This document shows positions 20,029 to 28,865 of a stretch of DNA of 64,000 nucleotides, piece after piece. The notes beneath the pieces are model-generated. The model was not told where the DNA came from, did not search any database, and saw only the letters and a program-made list of their open reading frames with translations. Made by a program: the position numbers and the translations under genes. Each line of letters opens with the position of its first letter. The stretch's first letter is position 1. This stretch comes from a bacterium (lineage in GTDB: Bacteria > Patescibacteriota > Patescibacteriia > UBA1558 > S5-K13). The stretch is from NCBI GenBank assembly GCA_029555085.1, contig JAKPTO010000026.1:32001-96000 (forward strand), read 5' to 3'.

Positions 20029-23000
20029 TTATTCTTCTATTGTCTCTATTGTGACTTCTGTTTCTGTTATTGTTGTTTCTGTTGTTTCCTCTGCCGAAGT
20101 TTCCTGTTCTGTGGTTGTATCTGTTTGAGTTGTGTCTATTGAGGTTTCCGTGGTTTGATTACCTGATGAGATATCATCCTCTATTGTAGTTTCTGTTGTG
20201 TCTTCTATTGGAGTTTCTTGTTCTGTGGTTGTTTCTGTTTGAGTTGTGTCTATTGAGGTTTCTGTGGTTTGATTACCTGATGAGATATTGTCCTCTGTTG
20301 TTGTTTCTGTTGTGTCTTCTATTGGAGTTTCTTCTATTAAACCCTGCTCTGTTGAAGATGAAATCAATTCTGATGTTCCATCGCTACTAAATATCATTCC
20401 CTTGTATGCTCCGAATGAATGCCAGTCAAATATCACATCAGTTTCTTGAGTATTTTCTATCTTTATCACAAAACCATTCTTTGTAACTTCGTCTATATAA
20501 TAACCGCCATTGATTAATGCGCGTGGAGAAATCGTTATAACTGGATCATTTCTATATTCATGCTCAAACATGACTGCTGTACTTGTTGCGCCTGTTAAAA
20601 TCTTTGCTTGACCAACCGTATCACGACCTAAATCAACTAATCCCTCAACTTGCAATGCGCCAGACAATACCAAATCTTCTAATGCGTCAAGCGACATTCC
20701 AAATTGCGCTCTAATTTCATTAATTTGTTGCTGTTGTTCTTGTATTGCTGAAACCATTACTGGCGTAAATGATTCATAGTCAATTGATTTGTTTCCACTT
20801 TCATCAATATTTAAAAGTTCTGGCGCAATTTCTTCTACTTGAGTTGTTATAAATCCTAATTTATTAATTTGTGTTTCATTTTCTATCCATACGAAATTTA
20901 CTGCTTCAATGTCTGTTAATTTATTAAGCGAAATTATTCCATCTAATTGATCTATTGTTGCATTTTCTACAATTTGTTCTGAAGATGGGACAGAATTATT
21001 TAATTGATTTCTTAAATTAGTAATTTCATTATTCAATGAATCAAATCTTTGTTCTATGTTATATGAATCTATAATGCTTTGTATTTCTGAAATATTTTCA
21101 TCTTTTGCTTCTAAGACCTTAGTTGTCACCTCTTTTTCAATTTCATTCACTGTTACACTCTTATTGTTTCTTGAAATTAATACATTTATAGTTCCAAAAT
21201 CTCCACTAAATGATTCAAGCGCAACTCCGACTGTTGAGTCGCCCTGATTTGCTTTCATTAAATATCCTTGTCTTGATGCACTTGTCAAAGAATCACCCGG
21301 ATTAATATCTCCATTTTCATTTGAGACAAATGCTGGAATCTGACCTAAAAGCGCTACTAATTTATAATTTGGATTATTTTTGTATTCTTCTTTTGAATTT
21401 CCTATAAATCCAGGCTTGGTTGAAATAATTCCAATAATATTTGAATCACTTGATGTGGCGCACCTTGATATAGCATTGTTATTTGCAAAGTCAATACATA
21501 CAACCTCTCCTGATGAAATATTTGTATTATTAGTATAAAAATATTCTGCATAGTCAGCTGCTGGTGTGTCATAACCAGTATCAGCTAAAACTAAGCCATC
21601 GGAGCTAACCGTAAAGACATTATCCCCTTCCGAATTCTGCAAAACAAATCCCAATACTTTTTCCTTTCCAAGATTTTTTATCGTGGTTCGACCAATATAA
21701 TCTACTGAAAAAAGAGTTTCTTCGTATTCCACCCTACTTTGTATCTCAAATAAATTAGCGGAAGGGTGAGCTGATGTATTTACTACTTTTAACACCGGAA
21801 CATGCCCCAAGTCACTAACTATTGTAGCTGATTTAATTAATTCTATAGGTACATCCGCGATTATTTTAGATTGCGATAGTGTTAAAGGGGAAACATTATT
21901 GGTTTCATCTCTAAATTCTAATGTCCCATATGCATATGAAGAAGAATGTGGTCTTATTGCCCAAGTAGATGTTCCTACGTGAATTTCTTCTGCCCAAAGA
22001 TCAGTCCATCTATAATCTGATGAACCAAGAGTATAGGTTAAATTTGACTCAGGAACAATATCTCGCATAGTTGATGTTCCTGTTACATTGAGTGTTCCAG
22101 CACCTGTATTTATTACTAAATCTGTTCCGTTCCATAAAATATTTGCATCTTGATCTTCTCCGAGATAGAGAGCAGCATTATCTTCGTCTATATAAACATT
22201 ACCTGTAGCAAAAGCTCGAAAATTAGCAAGATCTGCACGTGAATGACCTAACCATATCTTAGACGACGGTTGAGTGGCAAAAAAACTAGAGAGAGTATAT
22301 ATAAGACCATTAACTCTAAGAGCGCTACCAAAATATGAATGACCTTTTACATCTAAAGTTCCTTCTACATATAAATCATTATCATCAAGTTCAAGGGTAC
22401 TAACTCCGCTATTTGATATTGCATTATATGGTAACGCGCTTACTCCACCTATATTAAATACATTATTATTAGCAAATACTATATGACCACCTGTAGTATT
22501 TATTGTTAAATCTCCTGAAGAATCAGTTCCAAATGTTGTTGAAGTTGCAGAATTGTATCCTAGTGTCAATTGTGGTGAAGTTGAGTTTACTACATGAAGC
22601 GCGGATGACGGCGCTGTAATACCGATACCGACATTACCACCATTAAAATATGATGCACCCCTAGAATGCAGTAAAATAGTCGAGTCATTAGATGAATTTC
22701 TCATGGTAAGGGATGTATTAGATCCGCTACGCAACAAAACTCCTCCTGAACTAGGCACAATATTTAACTGGCCAGACGCTCTAATTTCCTGATTTCCAGA
22801 TGATGGGAAAAATGATATAGATCTAGTTTTAGTAGAATCATAAAAATAAACATCTCCAGTAACATCTAGAGTTGCTTGCGGATCATTTGTCCCAATTCCG
22901 ACCCTTCCTGAATTATAATAAATACCATTACCATATGCGTTTGGGGTCCACCGGGATGACACAATTGGCGATCCGTTTATAGAAAATCCGGCTGCATCTA

Positions 23001-25572
23001 CTATTCCAGTTGAAGCAGTGATAGTTGCACGACCGCCGACTGATAAGTTATTCGTTAGTGTAGTGGCACCGTTTAAAGTTATAGTATCGTCACTATTTGC
23101 ATATAAAATTCTTCCCCAATCACCATCACTGGCTCCATATTTTACAAACGCAGTTCCTCCACCCACGCCATAAGAACCCATTGGTGCGGTATAACCAGCA
23201 GCAAGATGTTCATCTGATATAACAATATTCATTTCTCCTCCATAACCATCTACAACAAAACTTGCTATTGTATTAACATTACTATCAACTACTGTTAGCG
23301 CATACTGTGGTGTTGTGGTACCGATTCCGACGTTGCCTGATCCGACATTAACTGCTATGTTATTATAATGCATTATATCGTTGTAACCGCTAATATCTAC
23401 AGCCTCATAAACTACCATTGGTGCATCTCCCGCTAAATCATATATACCAAACTCATCGTTGCTAAACATTCCACCATTACCAATATAAAAACCTCCTTTG
23501 CTATAATCGCCACTTTCAAAACTAGCAATCATATCTGTACTTGAAACATGTAAACCGCTCAGAGGATCTGTCGTCCCTATCCCAACATTTCCTGAGTTAT
23601 AGTAAATATCAGATCCATTTGTAATCCACTGAGATGATACAATTGGCGAGCCATTTATAGAAAATCCGGCTGCATCTACTATTCCGGTTGAAGCGGTGAT
23701 AGTTGCGCGACCGCCGACTGATAGATCGCCTATAAACGAAGAAGCGCCTGATTGTAATATTTTTAATACTGTACCACCATAATAATAAGCATTCTCACTA
23801 GTATCATACACGGCTATATAAGTATCATCACCCTTATTAATTAAACCTATTTCATCAGTTATGGCGCCAGAAACCAATGCTACTGGACCATATAAACCAT
23901 TAGCAATTATCTCTGATCCAAAATCAGCAATTCCCGTTAAAGCAGTAATAGTTACCTTGCCTCCTATTGATATATCTCCGGTAAAATTAGCTCCTGATAA
24001 AAGTGCATAAGAAGTTGAAGCAGCAGTCCACACAGGATCTAATTCTGTAATTAAACTTCCAAGTGGTGAACCATTCCAATAAAGATCTCCACCTAGATTA
24101 TATAATGTATCTACTGTTACAGCTGGAGTTGAAGATGCGATATTCAAACCATTATTTGTTACTACTAATCCCATTGCGGTTGTTGTTGCAAACGAAGAAC
24201 TTCCAGTTACTATTAAACTAGCAGATGAATATAAATCTGATGATAAATTTACAGGACCGTCAAAAGTATTTATTCCCGTCCATGTATTATTATCAGATAA
24301 AGACACCCCTCCCCCATTTTGAACTATCGTAGTTCCACCACCAATAAAATTATATACGCCCCCAGTAAAAGACCCGTCCTCCCCTTTATCTCCTTTGTCT
24401 CCTTTTTCGCCAGTATCTCCTTTTGGTCCAGCATCTCCCTTGTCTCCTTTTTCACCTTTTACCAAAATTGTTTTTTGGATAACCTGCGTATCACCATTTG
24501 CTGTATGATAATTTTGAATTATTTGGGGTTGAACTTTGTCGGTAGCCCCGAGATAAATATTTTTTATCTCCTGCGTTTCAGCTGCATCTCTTATAAATCG
24601 AACAACGCTATCCCTAAGAACTAAATTTATTGATAAAACTTTATTCGCAAATTTTTTTGATATATTCTCAGAATAATCTCTATATTTATTTAAAGAAACA
24701 AGAGAATTAATTATTTTCTGTAAAAATGTTAGCTTAGATGAAATATTGACAGACACCTCGCTTGCGCCAAGTACTCTATGAGATGGGTTATTTTCTGTAT
24801 AATAATTATCTTTTTTATTTAAAAACGCTCTTGGGTTAAAATATGAAATCCTATCAACAACAGAATGAGCTAATTCTTTATAATTATTTTTATAGCGTTT
24901 TAATAAATTAAAATTATTAAGTTGTGAATTTCTTAAAAATTTACCAAAATTTGTTAATTTATTTTTTATGTTTGAAAATTGATATTTGTAAGCATTGGAA
25001 AATTTCTCAGAAGAAAGTGATAAAATTCTTTCTACTTTATTTTGATTTTCTCCATAAGTACCGAGAGCAGAAGGAATAAAAAATCTCATTGTCAAAATTA
25101 ATAAAAAACTTATAGCTAAAAAATTTGCCAATCCAATTAATTGATTCGGAGAATGTGGTTTTGGGGATCTAAACTTTGAAGATTTTAAATTAGAATATTT
25201 TTTAGACTTATCAAATTTAAAAAATGTAAAAACTGACAATAAAAAATTTCTAAAAATGTTTACTATATGATAAAAAGTTTTTTTAAATTTTTCTTTATTA
25301 AAAAAATGAATTTCTGCTAAAAGTATGTCTGGTAAATTTGGTTTTCTATTAAGTGAAACATCTTCATACTGAATTTGAAAATTCATCTCACTATTCTTCT
25401 CTTCATACTCTTTCAAGTAGCTTTTTTTCGTAAACCATATTCCATCAATTTTCTCTGCTTTTAATTTTCCCTGCCTCGCGCGAAGAGATAAATATTCTTG
25501 TGAATATGAACAATACTTTGTCGCCTGTGACAAAGTAATGTATGGTTCTATTTGTTGATTTTGTTCGTCCAT
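20029..25572 (-). CDS. giant fibre/adhesin-like protein: N-terminal HTH, TM, collagen-like segment, GNVGIGT fibre repeats, intramolecular-chaperone-like domains, T/E-rich tail
   Basis: YITLSQAT...YSQEYLSLRARQGKLKA (HTH); KGEKGDKGDAGPKGD (GXY); repeated VGIGT; DYAEYF...LLGQIP; LGFITTQVEEIAPEL...IDY...AIQEQQQQI. Confidence 0.8.
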   Translation of the reverse strand: MDEQNQQIEPYITLSQATKYCSYSQEYLSLRARQGKLKAEKIDGIWFTKKSYLKEYEEKNSEMNFQIQYEDVSLNRKPNLPDILLAEIHFFNKEKFKKTFYHIVNIFRNFLLSVFTFFKFDKSKKYSNLKSSKFRSPKPHSPNQLIGLANFLAISFLLILTMRFFIPSALGTYGENQNKVERILSLSSEKFSNAYKYQFSNIKNKLTNFGKFLRNSQLNNFNLLKRYKNNYKELAHSVVDRISYFNPRAFLNKKDNYYTENNPSHRVLGASEVSVNISSKLTFLQKIINSLVSLNKYRDYSENISKKFANKVLSINLVLRDSVVRFIRDAAETQEIKNIYLGATDKVQPQIIQNYHTANGDTQVIQKTILVKGEKGDKGDAGPKGDTGEKGDKGDKGEDGSFTGGVYNFIGGGTTIVQNGGGVSLSDNNTWTGINTFDGPVNLSSDLYSSASLIVTGSSSFATTTAMGLVVTNNGLNIASSTPAVTVDTLYNLGGDLYWNGSPLGSLITELDPVWTAASTSYALLSGANFTGDISIGGKVTITALTGIADFGSEIIANGLYGPVALVSGAITDEIGLINKGDDTYIAVYDTSENAYYYGGTVLKILQSGASSFIGDLSVGGRATITASTGIVDAAGFSINGSPIVSSQWITNGSDIYYNSGNVGIGTTDPLSGLHVSSTDMIASFESGDYSKGGFYIGNGGMFSNDEFGIYDLAGDAPMVVYEAVDISGYNDIMHYNNIAVNVGSGNVGIGTTTPQYALTVVDSNVNTIASFVVDGYGGEMNIVISDEHLAAGYTAPMGSYGVGGGTAFVKYGASDGDWGRILYANSDDTITLNGATTLTNNLSVGGRATITASTGIVDAAGFSINGSPIVSSRWTPNAYGNGIYYNSGRVGIGTNDPQATLDVTGDVYFYDSTKTRSISFFPSSGNQEIRASGQLNIVPSSGGVLLRSGSNTSLTMRNSSNDSTILLHSRGASYFNGGNVGIGITAPSSALHVVNSTSPQLTLGYNSATSTTFGTDSSGDLTINTTGGHIVFANNNVFNIGGVSALPYNAISNSGVSTLELDDNDLYVEGTLDVKGHSYFGSALRVNGLIYTLSSFFATQPSSKIWLGHSRADLANFRAFATGNVYIDEDNAALYLGEDQDANILWNGTDLVINTGAGTLNVTGTSTMRDIVPESNLTYTLGSSDYRWTDLWAEEIHVGTSTWAIRPHSSSYAYGTLEFRDETNNVSPLTLSQSKIIADVPIELIKSATIVSDLGHVPVLKVVNTSAHPSANLFEIQSRVEYEETLFSVDYIGRTTIKNLGKEKVLGFVLQNSEGDNVFTVSSDGLVLADTGYDTPAADYAEYFYTNNTNISSGEVVCIDFANNNAISRCATSSDSNIIGIISTKPGFIGNSKEEYKNNPNYKLVALLGQIPAFVSNENGDINPGDSLTSASRQGYLMKANQGDSTVGVALESFSGDFGTINVLISRNNKSVTVNEIEKEVTTKVLEAKDENISEIQSIIDSYNIEQRFDSLNNEITNLRNQLNNSVPSSEQIVENATIDQLDGIISLNKLTDIEAVNFVWIENETQINKLGFITTQVEEIAPELLNIDESGNKSIDYESFTPVMVSAIQEQQQQINEIRAQFGMSLDALEDLVLSGALQVEGLVDLGRDTVGQAKILTGATSTAVMFEHEYRNDPVITISPRALINGGYYIDEVTKNGFVIKIENTQETDVIFDWHSFGAYKGMIFSSDGTSELISSSTEQGLIEETPIEDTTETTTEDNISSGNQTTETSIDTTQTETTTEQETPIEDTTETTIEDDISSGNQTTETSIDTTQTDTTTEQETSAEETTETTITETEVTIETIEE
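20099..20331. repeat. intragenic tandem repeat, 114-bp unit x2 (38-aa T/E-rich)
   Basis: ETPIEDTTETT.ED.ISSGNQTTETSIDTTQT.TTTEQ twice; DNA offset 20099 vs 20213. Confidence 0.9.
22961..23723. repeat. intragenic dispersed repeat ~85 bp (22961-23045 and 23639-23723)
   Basis: LSVGGRATITASTGIVDAAGFSINGSPIV encoded twice, near-identical DNA, offset 678 bp. Confidence 0.9.
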
Positions 25573-25649
25573 ATTGACAAGCTTGTATGAAATTTTATTT
25601 TTGTTTTAGATTTCATATCTTCTATTATTATATATAATTATATATAATT

Positions 25650-25702
25650 TACCCGATATATTCAATACTTTTTATCCGATATATTATTTTTTATACCCGA
25701 TA
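25650..25702. promoter_or_regulatory. three direct repeats TA(C/T)CCGATA upstream of the giant fibre gene
   Basis: CCGATA at 25653, 25676 and 25697 (spacing 23 and 21 bp). Confidence 0.45.
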
Positions 25703-25975
25703 CGGTTTTTATCCCTTTATTTAAAGGACAAAAATCATATGGGATAAATTTTTATAAAATAAGACAAAGCATATAAATTTGACAAATTTTCAATAAAAAA
25801 ATAATATTTTTCAAAACCCAAATAAATTACCTATACAAATATTTATAGAAGTGGAAAACTATATAACCAATTTAGTTTAAAAATTAAATAAAATTACCTG
25901 AAAGTTAGAGTGCTTACTTTATTATTTTTAACAAAGGCGCTATACTAAAATTATAAATATATCAAAAAATAATAT

Positions 25976-26434
25976 ATGGAAAAATTAATAATTTTGAATA
26001 AAAAAATTGACTACGAATATGAAATCAAAGAAAAATTTGTAGCTGGATTAGTTTTGTTTGGCGATGAAGTTAAGTCAATAAAAAATTCTTCATTTGACAT
26101 GAAAGATTCGTATATAAAAATTTCATCTGAGTCCGAAGTTCTTCTTCTCAATTTTAAAATTTCTCCATACAAAAAATCAAATTTAAACTTATTGAAACAC
26201 AAACCCAATAGATCCATAAAATTACTACTCAAAAAATCTGAAATTAAAAAATTAAATTCTCTTTTAAAAGAAAAATCCTACACTGCCATTCCTAAAAAAA
26301 TTTTTGTAAAAAACAATTTTATAAAAGTTGAAATTGCTGTTGTAAGGGGAAAGAAAAAATATGAAAAAAGAGAATTTATAAAAAATAAAGAAATTAAAAA
26401 AGATCTACAAAAAAATTATAAACTTCATAGTTAA
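25976..26434 (+). CDS. smpB: SsrA-binding protein
   Basis: NKK..YEYEI.EKFVAGLVLFGDEVKSIK, KLLLKKSEI, GKKKYEKRE; upstream of tmRNA. Confidence 0.92.
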   Translation: MEKLIILNKKIDYEYEIKEKFVAGLVLFGDEVKSIKNSSFDMKDSYIKISSESEVLLLNFKISPYKKSNLNLLKHKPNRSIKLLLKKSEIKKLNSLLKEKSYTAIPKKIFVKNNFIKVEIAVVRGKKKYEKREFIKNKEIKKDLQKNYKLHS

Positions 26435-26666
26435 ATTTTTTAATAAAAAATTTTTAAAAACCATCTTGTACAAATTTTGTGTTCAATTTAAAATGTCTAA
26501 AATTATCAAAATTACACCCTTAAAATTATCAAATTTCACATAAACAATCTTCTTTAAAATTTCTAAAATACTAAAAAATTATATAAATTAAAAATAAAAT
26601 TTTTTATATTTTTATAAAAAATATCCACTCCTAAATAGTACATATAAAATTTATTACATTTGGCGA

Positions 26667-26695
26667 TTGACAGATGATAAAAATTGCTGTATACT
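26667..26695 (+). promoter_or_regulatory. sigma70 promoter for ssrA
   Basis: TTGACA-17 nt-TATACT, ~40 nt upstream of the tmRNA 5' end. Confidence 0.75.
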
Positions 26696-26737
26696 AATCC
26701 TATAAATTATACGCATAAAATTGTATAATTTTTTTAT

Positions 26738-27128
26738 GGGGATGTATCAATTTGATGCATAAAAAATTTGTTCTTTGGCAAGTCAAGTTTTGCGAAACTT
26801 GTAAAAAACGCTAAATCATAAATGTCAAATCATTTATAGAAAAAGTTAAAGTTGCATTTAGTAATCCAGCTTTCAACTTTTCAATTGCTTAATCTTTTTT
26901 AAAAATTAAGCCATCCTCTATCTTCATACTCGATGGGGATTTACGAGGGTGTTATATTTTCGAGTTATACTATGGTAATTTCCATGTGCCATAGTGAAAA
27001 CTTATGGAATATATAAATAATATTTTTCTTATTTATAGTTATTTATAGAATTTTAAAAATAAGATAAACTTGTAGATAAAGAATGAATTGTTAGGCAGAC
27101 AGGGGTTCAAATCCCCTCATCTCCACCA
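26738..27128 (+). ncRNA. ssrA: tmRNA
   Basis: 5' GGGGATG pairs with 3' CATCTCC-ACCA (G3.U wobble); T-arm GGGGTTCAAATCCCC; internal tag ORF 26824-26892 ending in Ala-stop; adjacent to smpB. Confidence 0.92.
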
Positions 27129-27191
27129 TAATTTATTATTACCCAAATCTTTGATATAATAAATATGGTTTAATAATTAACCAAAAAACAT

Positions 27192-27725
27192 ATAAACAAA
27201 TTTTTAAACAATAGAAATACTAATAATTCTAAAAAATATAGAATTAATAACCAAATAAGTATAGACAAGGTGTTTGTGATAGGTTCTAATGGTGAAAAAT
27301 TGGGAATCATGGACACGCATTCCGCTATTACAAAAGCAAAAGAATCAGGACTTGATCTAGTTGAAGTTTCTCCAAATGCTAATCCTCCGGTATGTAAAAT
27401 AGTTGATTTCGGACAATTTCAATACAGTAGATCAAAAAAACAAAAAACCAACAAGCCAAAAAAGGTTGAAATAAAAGGAATAAGATTGTCTCTAACCATA
27501 GGAAAACATGATTTAGAGGTAAAAAGAAATCAGGCAAAAAAATTTCTATCACAAAAAGATAAGGTTCGTATAGAATTAATGTTAAGAGGTAGAGAAAGGC
27601 AGCATGTAAATAAAGCAAAAGATGTAGTAAATGAATTTTTATCGGAAATAATAGATGATATATCCATAGAACAAGATATGCGCTATATGTCTGGAAAACT
27701 ATCAATGATTATAAAATCTAAATAA
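27192..27725 (+). CDS. infC: translation initiation factor IF-3 with non-canonical start (ATA 27192 likely, exact start uncertain)
   Basis: Frame open from 27177; conserved YRINNQI lies upstream of the GTG at 27270; LDLVEVSPNANPPVCKIVDFG, LRGRE. Confidence 0.9.
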   Translation: MNKFLNNRNTNNSKKYRINNQISIDKVFVIGSNGEKLGIMDTHSAITKAKESGLDLVEVSPNANPPVCKIVDFGQFQYSRSKKQKTNKPKKVEIKGIRLSLTIGKHDLEVKRNQAKKFLSQKDKVRIELMLRGRERQHVNKAKDVVNEFLSEIIDDISIEQDMRYMSGKLSMIIKSK

Positions 27726-27811
27726 GTAAATTGAAAAAATATAAAGTTAAATACCTACAATAGAACAGGAAAATTATAAATATTGACATAAGCATTTTAA
27801 AACTAAAATAT

Positions 27812-27997
27812 ATGCCAAAATTAAAGACATACAAAACATTATCAAAACGAATAAGAATTACAAAAAACGGTAAAGTCATAAGAAGGAGTAAATCACAGGA
27901 TCATTTTAATACTAGAGAAACTGGAAAGACAAAAAGAAATAAAAGGAAAGATGTAAAAGTCTCGGATGTTTATTCAAAAAACATAAGTAAATTATAA
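27812..27997 (+). CDS. rpmI: 50S ribosomal protein L35
   Basis: MPKLKT.K..SKRIRITKNGK; infC-rpmI-rplT synteny. Confidence 0.92.
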   Translation: MPKLKTYKTLSKRIRITKNGKVIRRSKSQDHFNTRETGKTKRNKRKDVKVSDVYSKNISKL

Positions 27998-28039
27998 TAC
28001 TTAAGCATTGTTTTAGTGCTTAATTAGGAAATAAATTAT

Positions 28040-28387
28040 ATGCCAAGAGTAAAAAGAGGTGTTACACATCTTAAAAAAAGAAAAAAAATATTGAAAAAAG
28101 CTAAGGGTTATAAATGGGGAAGAAAATCCACAATAAGAGCAGCAAAAACAGCTGTTAAAAAGGCCGGGCAACATGCGCTTCATGATAGAAGAAAGAAAAA
28201 GGGCGTTATGAGATCCTTGTGGACAACAAAACTCAACGCAGCGCTTAGAAAATATGAAATATCATATAGCAAATTTATAGACATGCTAAAAAAGCAGAAC
28301 ATAGAATTAGATAGAAAAATACTTGCTGAAATAGCAGAAAAAAATCCAGAAATATTTGAAAAAATAGTAAAATCTATTCAGAAATAA
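28040..28387 (+). CDS. rplT: 50S ribosomal protein L20
   Basis: MPRVKRG, AKGY, DRRKKK..MRSLW, LDRKILAEIA. Confidence 0.97.
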   Translation: MPRVKRGVTHLKKRKKILKKAKGYKWGRKSTIRAAKTAVKKAGQHALHDRRKKKGVMRSLWTTKLNAALRKYEISYSKFIDMLKKQNIELDRKILAEIAEKNPEIFEKIVKSIQK

Positions 28388-28411
28388 GAAAAACCTTTGG
28401 GTTTTTCTGTT

Positions 28412-28488
28412 GGAGCGGTAGTTCAGTTGGTTAGAACGCCTGCCTGTCACGCAGGAGGTCGAGGGTTCGAGTCCCTTCCGTTCCGCCA
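28412..28488 (+). tRNA. tRNA-Asp(GTC)
   Basis: GGAGCGG acceptor, D-arm GTTCAGTTGGTTAGAAC, anticodon arm CCTGC-CTGTCAC-GCAGG, GTTCGAGTC T-loop, encoded CCA. Confidence 0.97.
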
Positions 28489-28658
28489 GAAAAATCTAAA
28501 TATATAAAATAAATACTCTATCAAATGTAGGGTTTTTATTTTTTACAAAAAGGGACGAGAAGTTTATCCCGCCGTATGGCGGGAAGTCCCTTCCGTTCCG
28601 CCAGAAGAATCTAAATATATAAAATAAATACTCTATCAAATGTAGGGTTTTTATTTTT
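28470..28658 (+). repeat. ~74-bp direct repeat including the tRNA-Asp 3' end, with a GC-rich palindrome between the copies
   Basis: 28470-28543 vs 28585-28658, one mismatch; spacer has TCCCGCC-gtat-GGCGGGA. Confidence 0.9.
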
Positions 28659-28865
28659 ATACAGATATTGCAAAACACATACCTTTATTTGACTCAAAGC
28701 GTTAATATGTTAAAATAAACAATTAAATATTAAATGTTATATTATTTATTGTGAGAATAAACCAATAACAAATACAAATATCTTTAAAATAAAAAAACCT
28801 GTTAAAAAAGCAATAGAATTGATATAATTTATAAATAAAATAATAAAATACTAAATAAAAACTAT

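Noticed and set aside
20029-25572. Prophage tail gene
   Set aside because: No capsid, terminase, portal or integrase nearby; the protein has a TM anchor and housekeeping neighbours
26435-26660. Very AT-rich gap between smpB and ssrA as a possible origin or hidden gene
   Set aside because: No DnaA-box cluster or convincing ORF seen
28470-28658. CRISPR array or second tRNA
   Set aside because: Only two copies of a ~74-bp unit, no cas genes, and the second copy has only the tRNA 3' fragment
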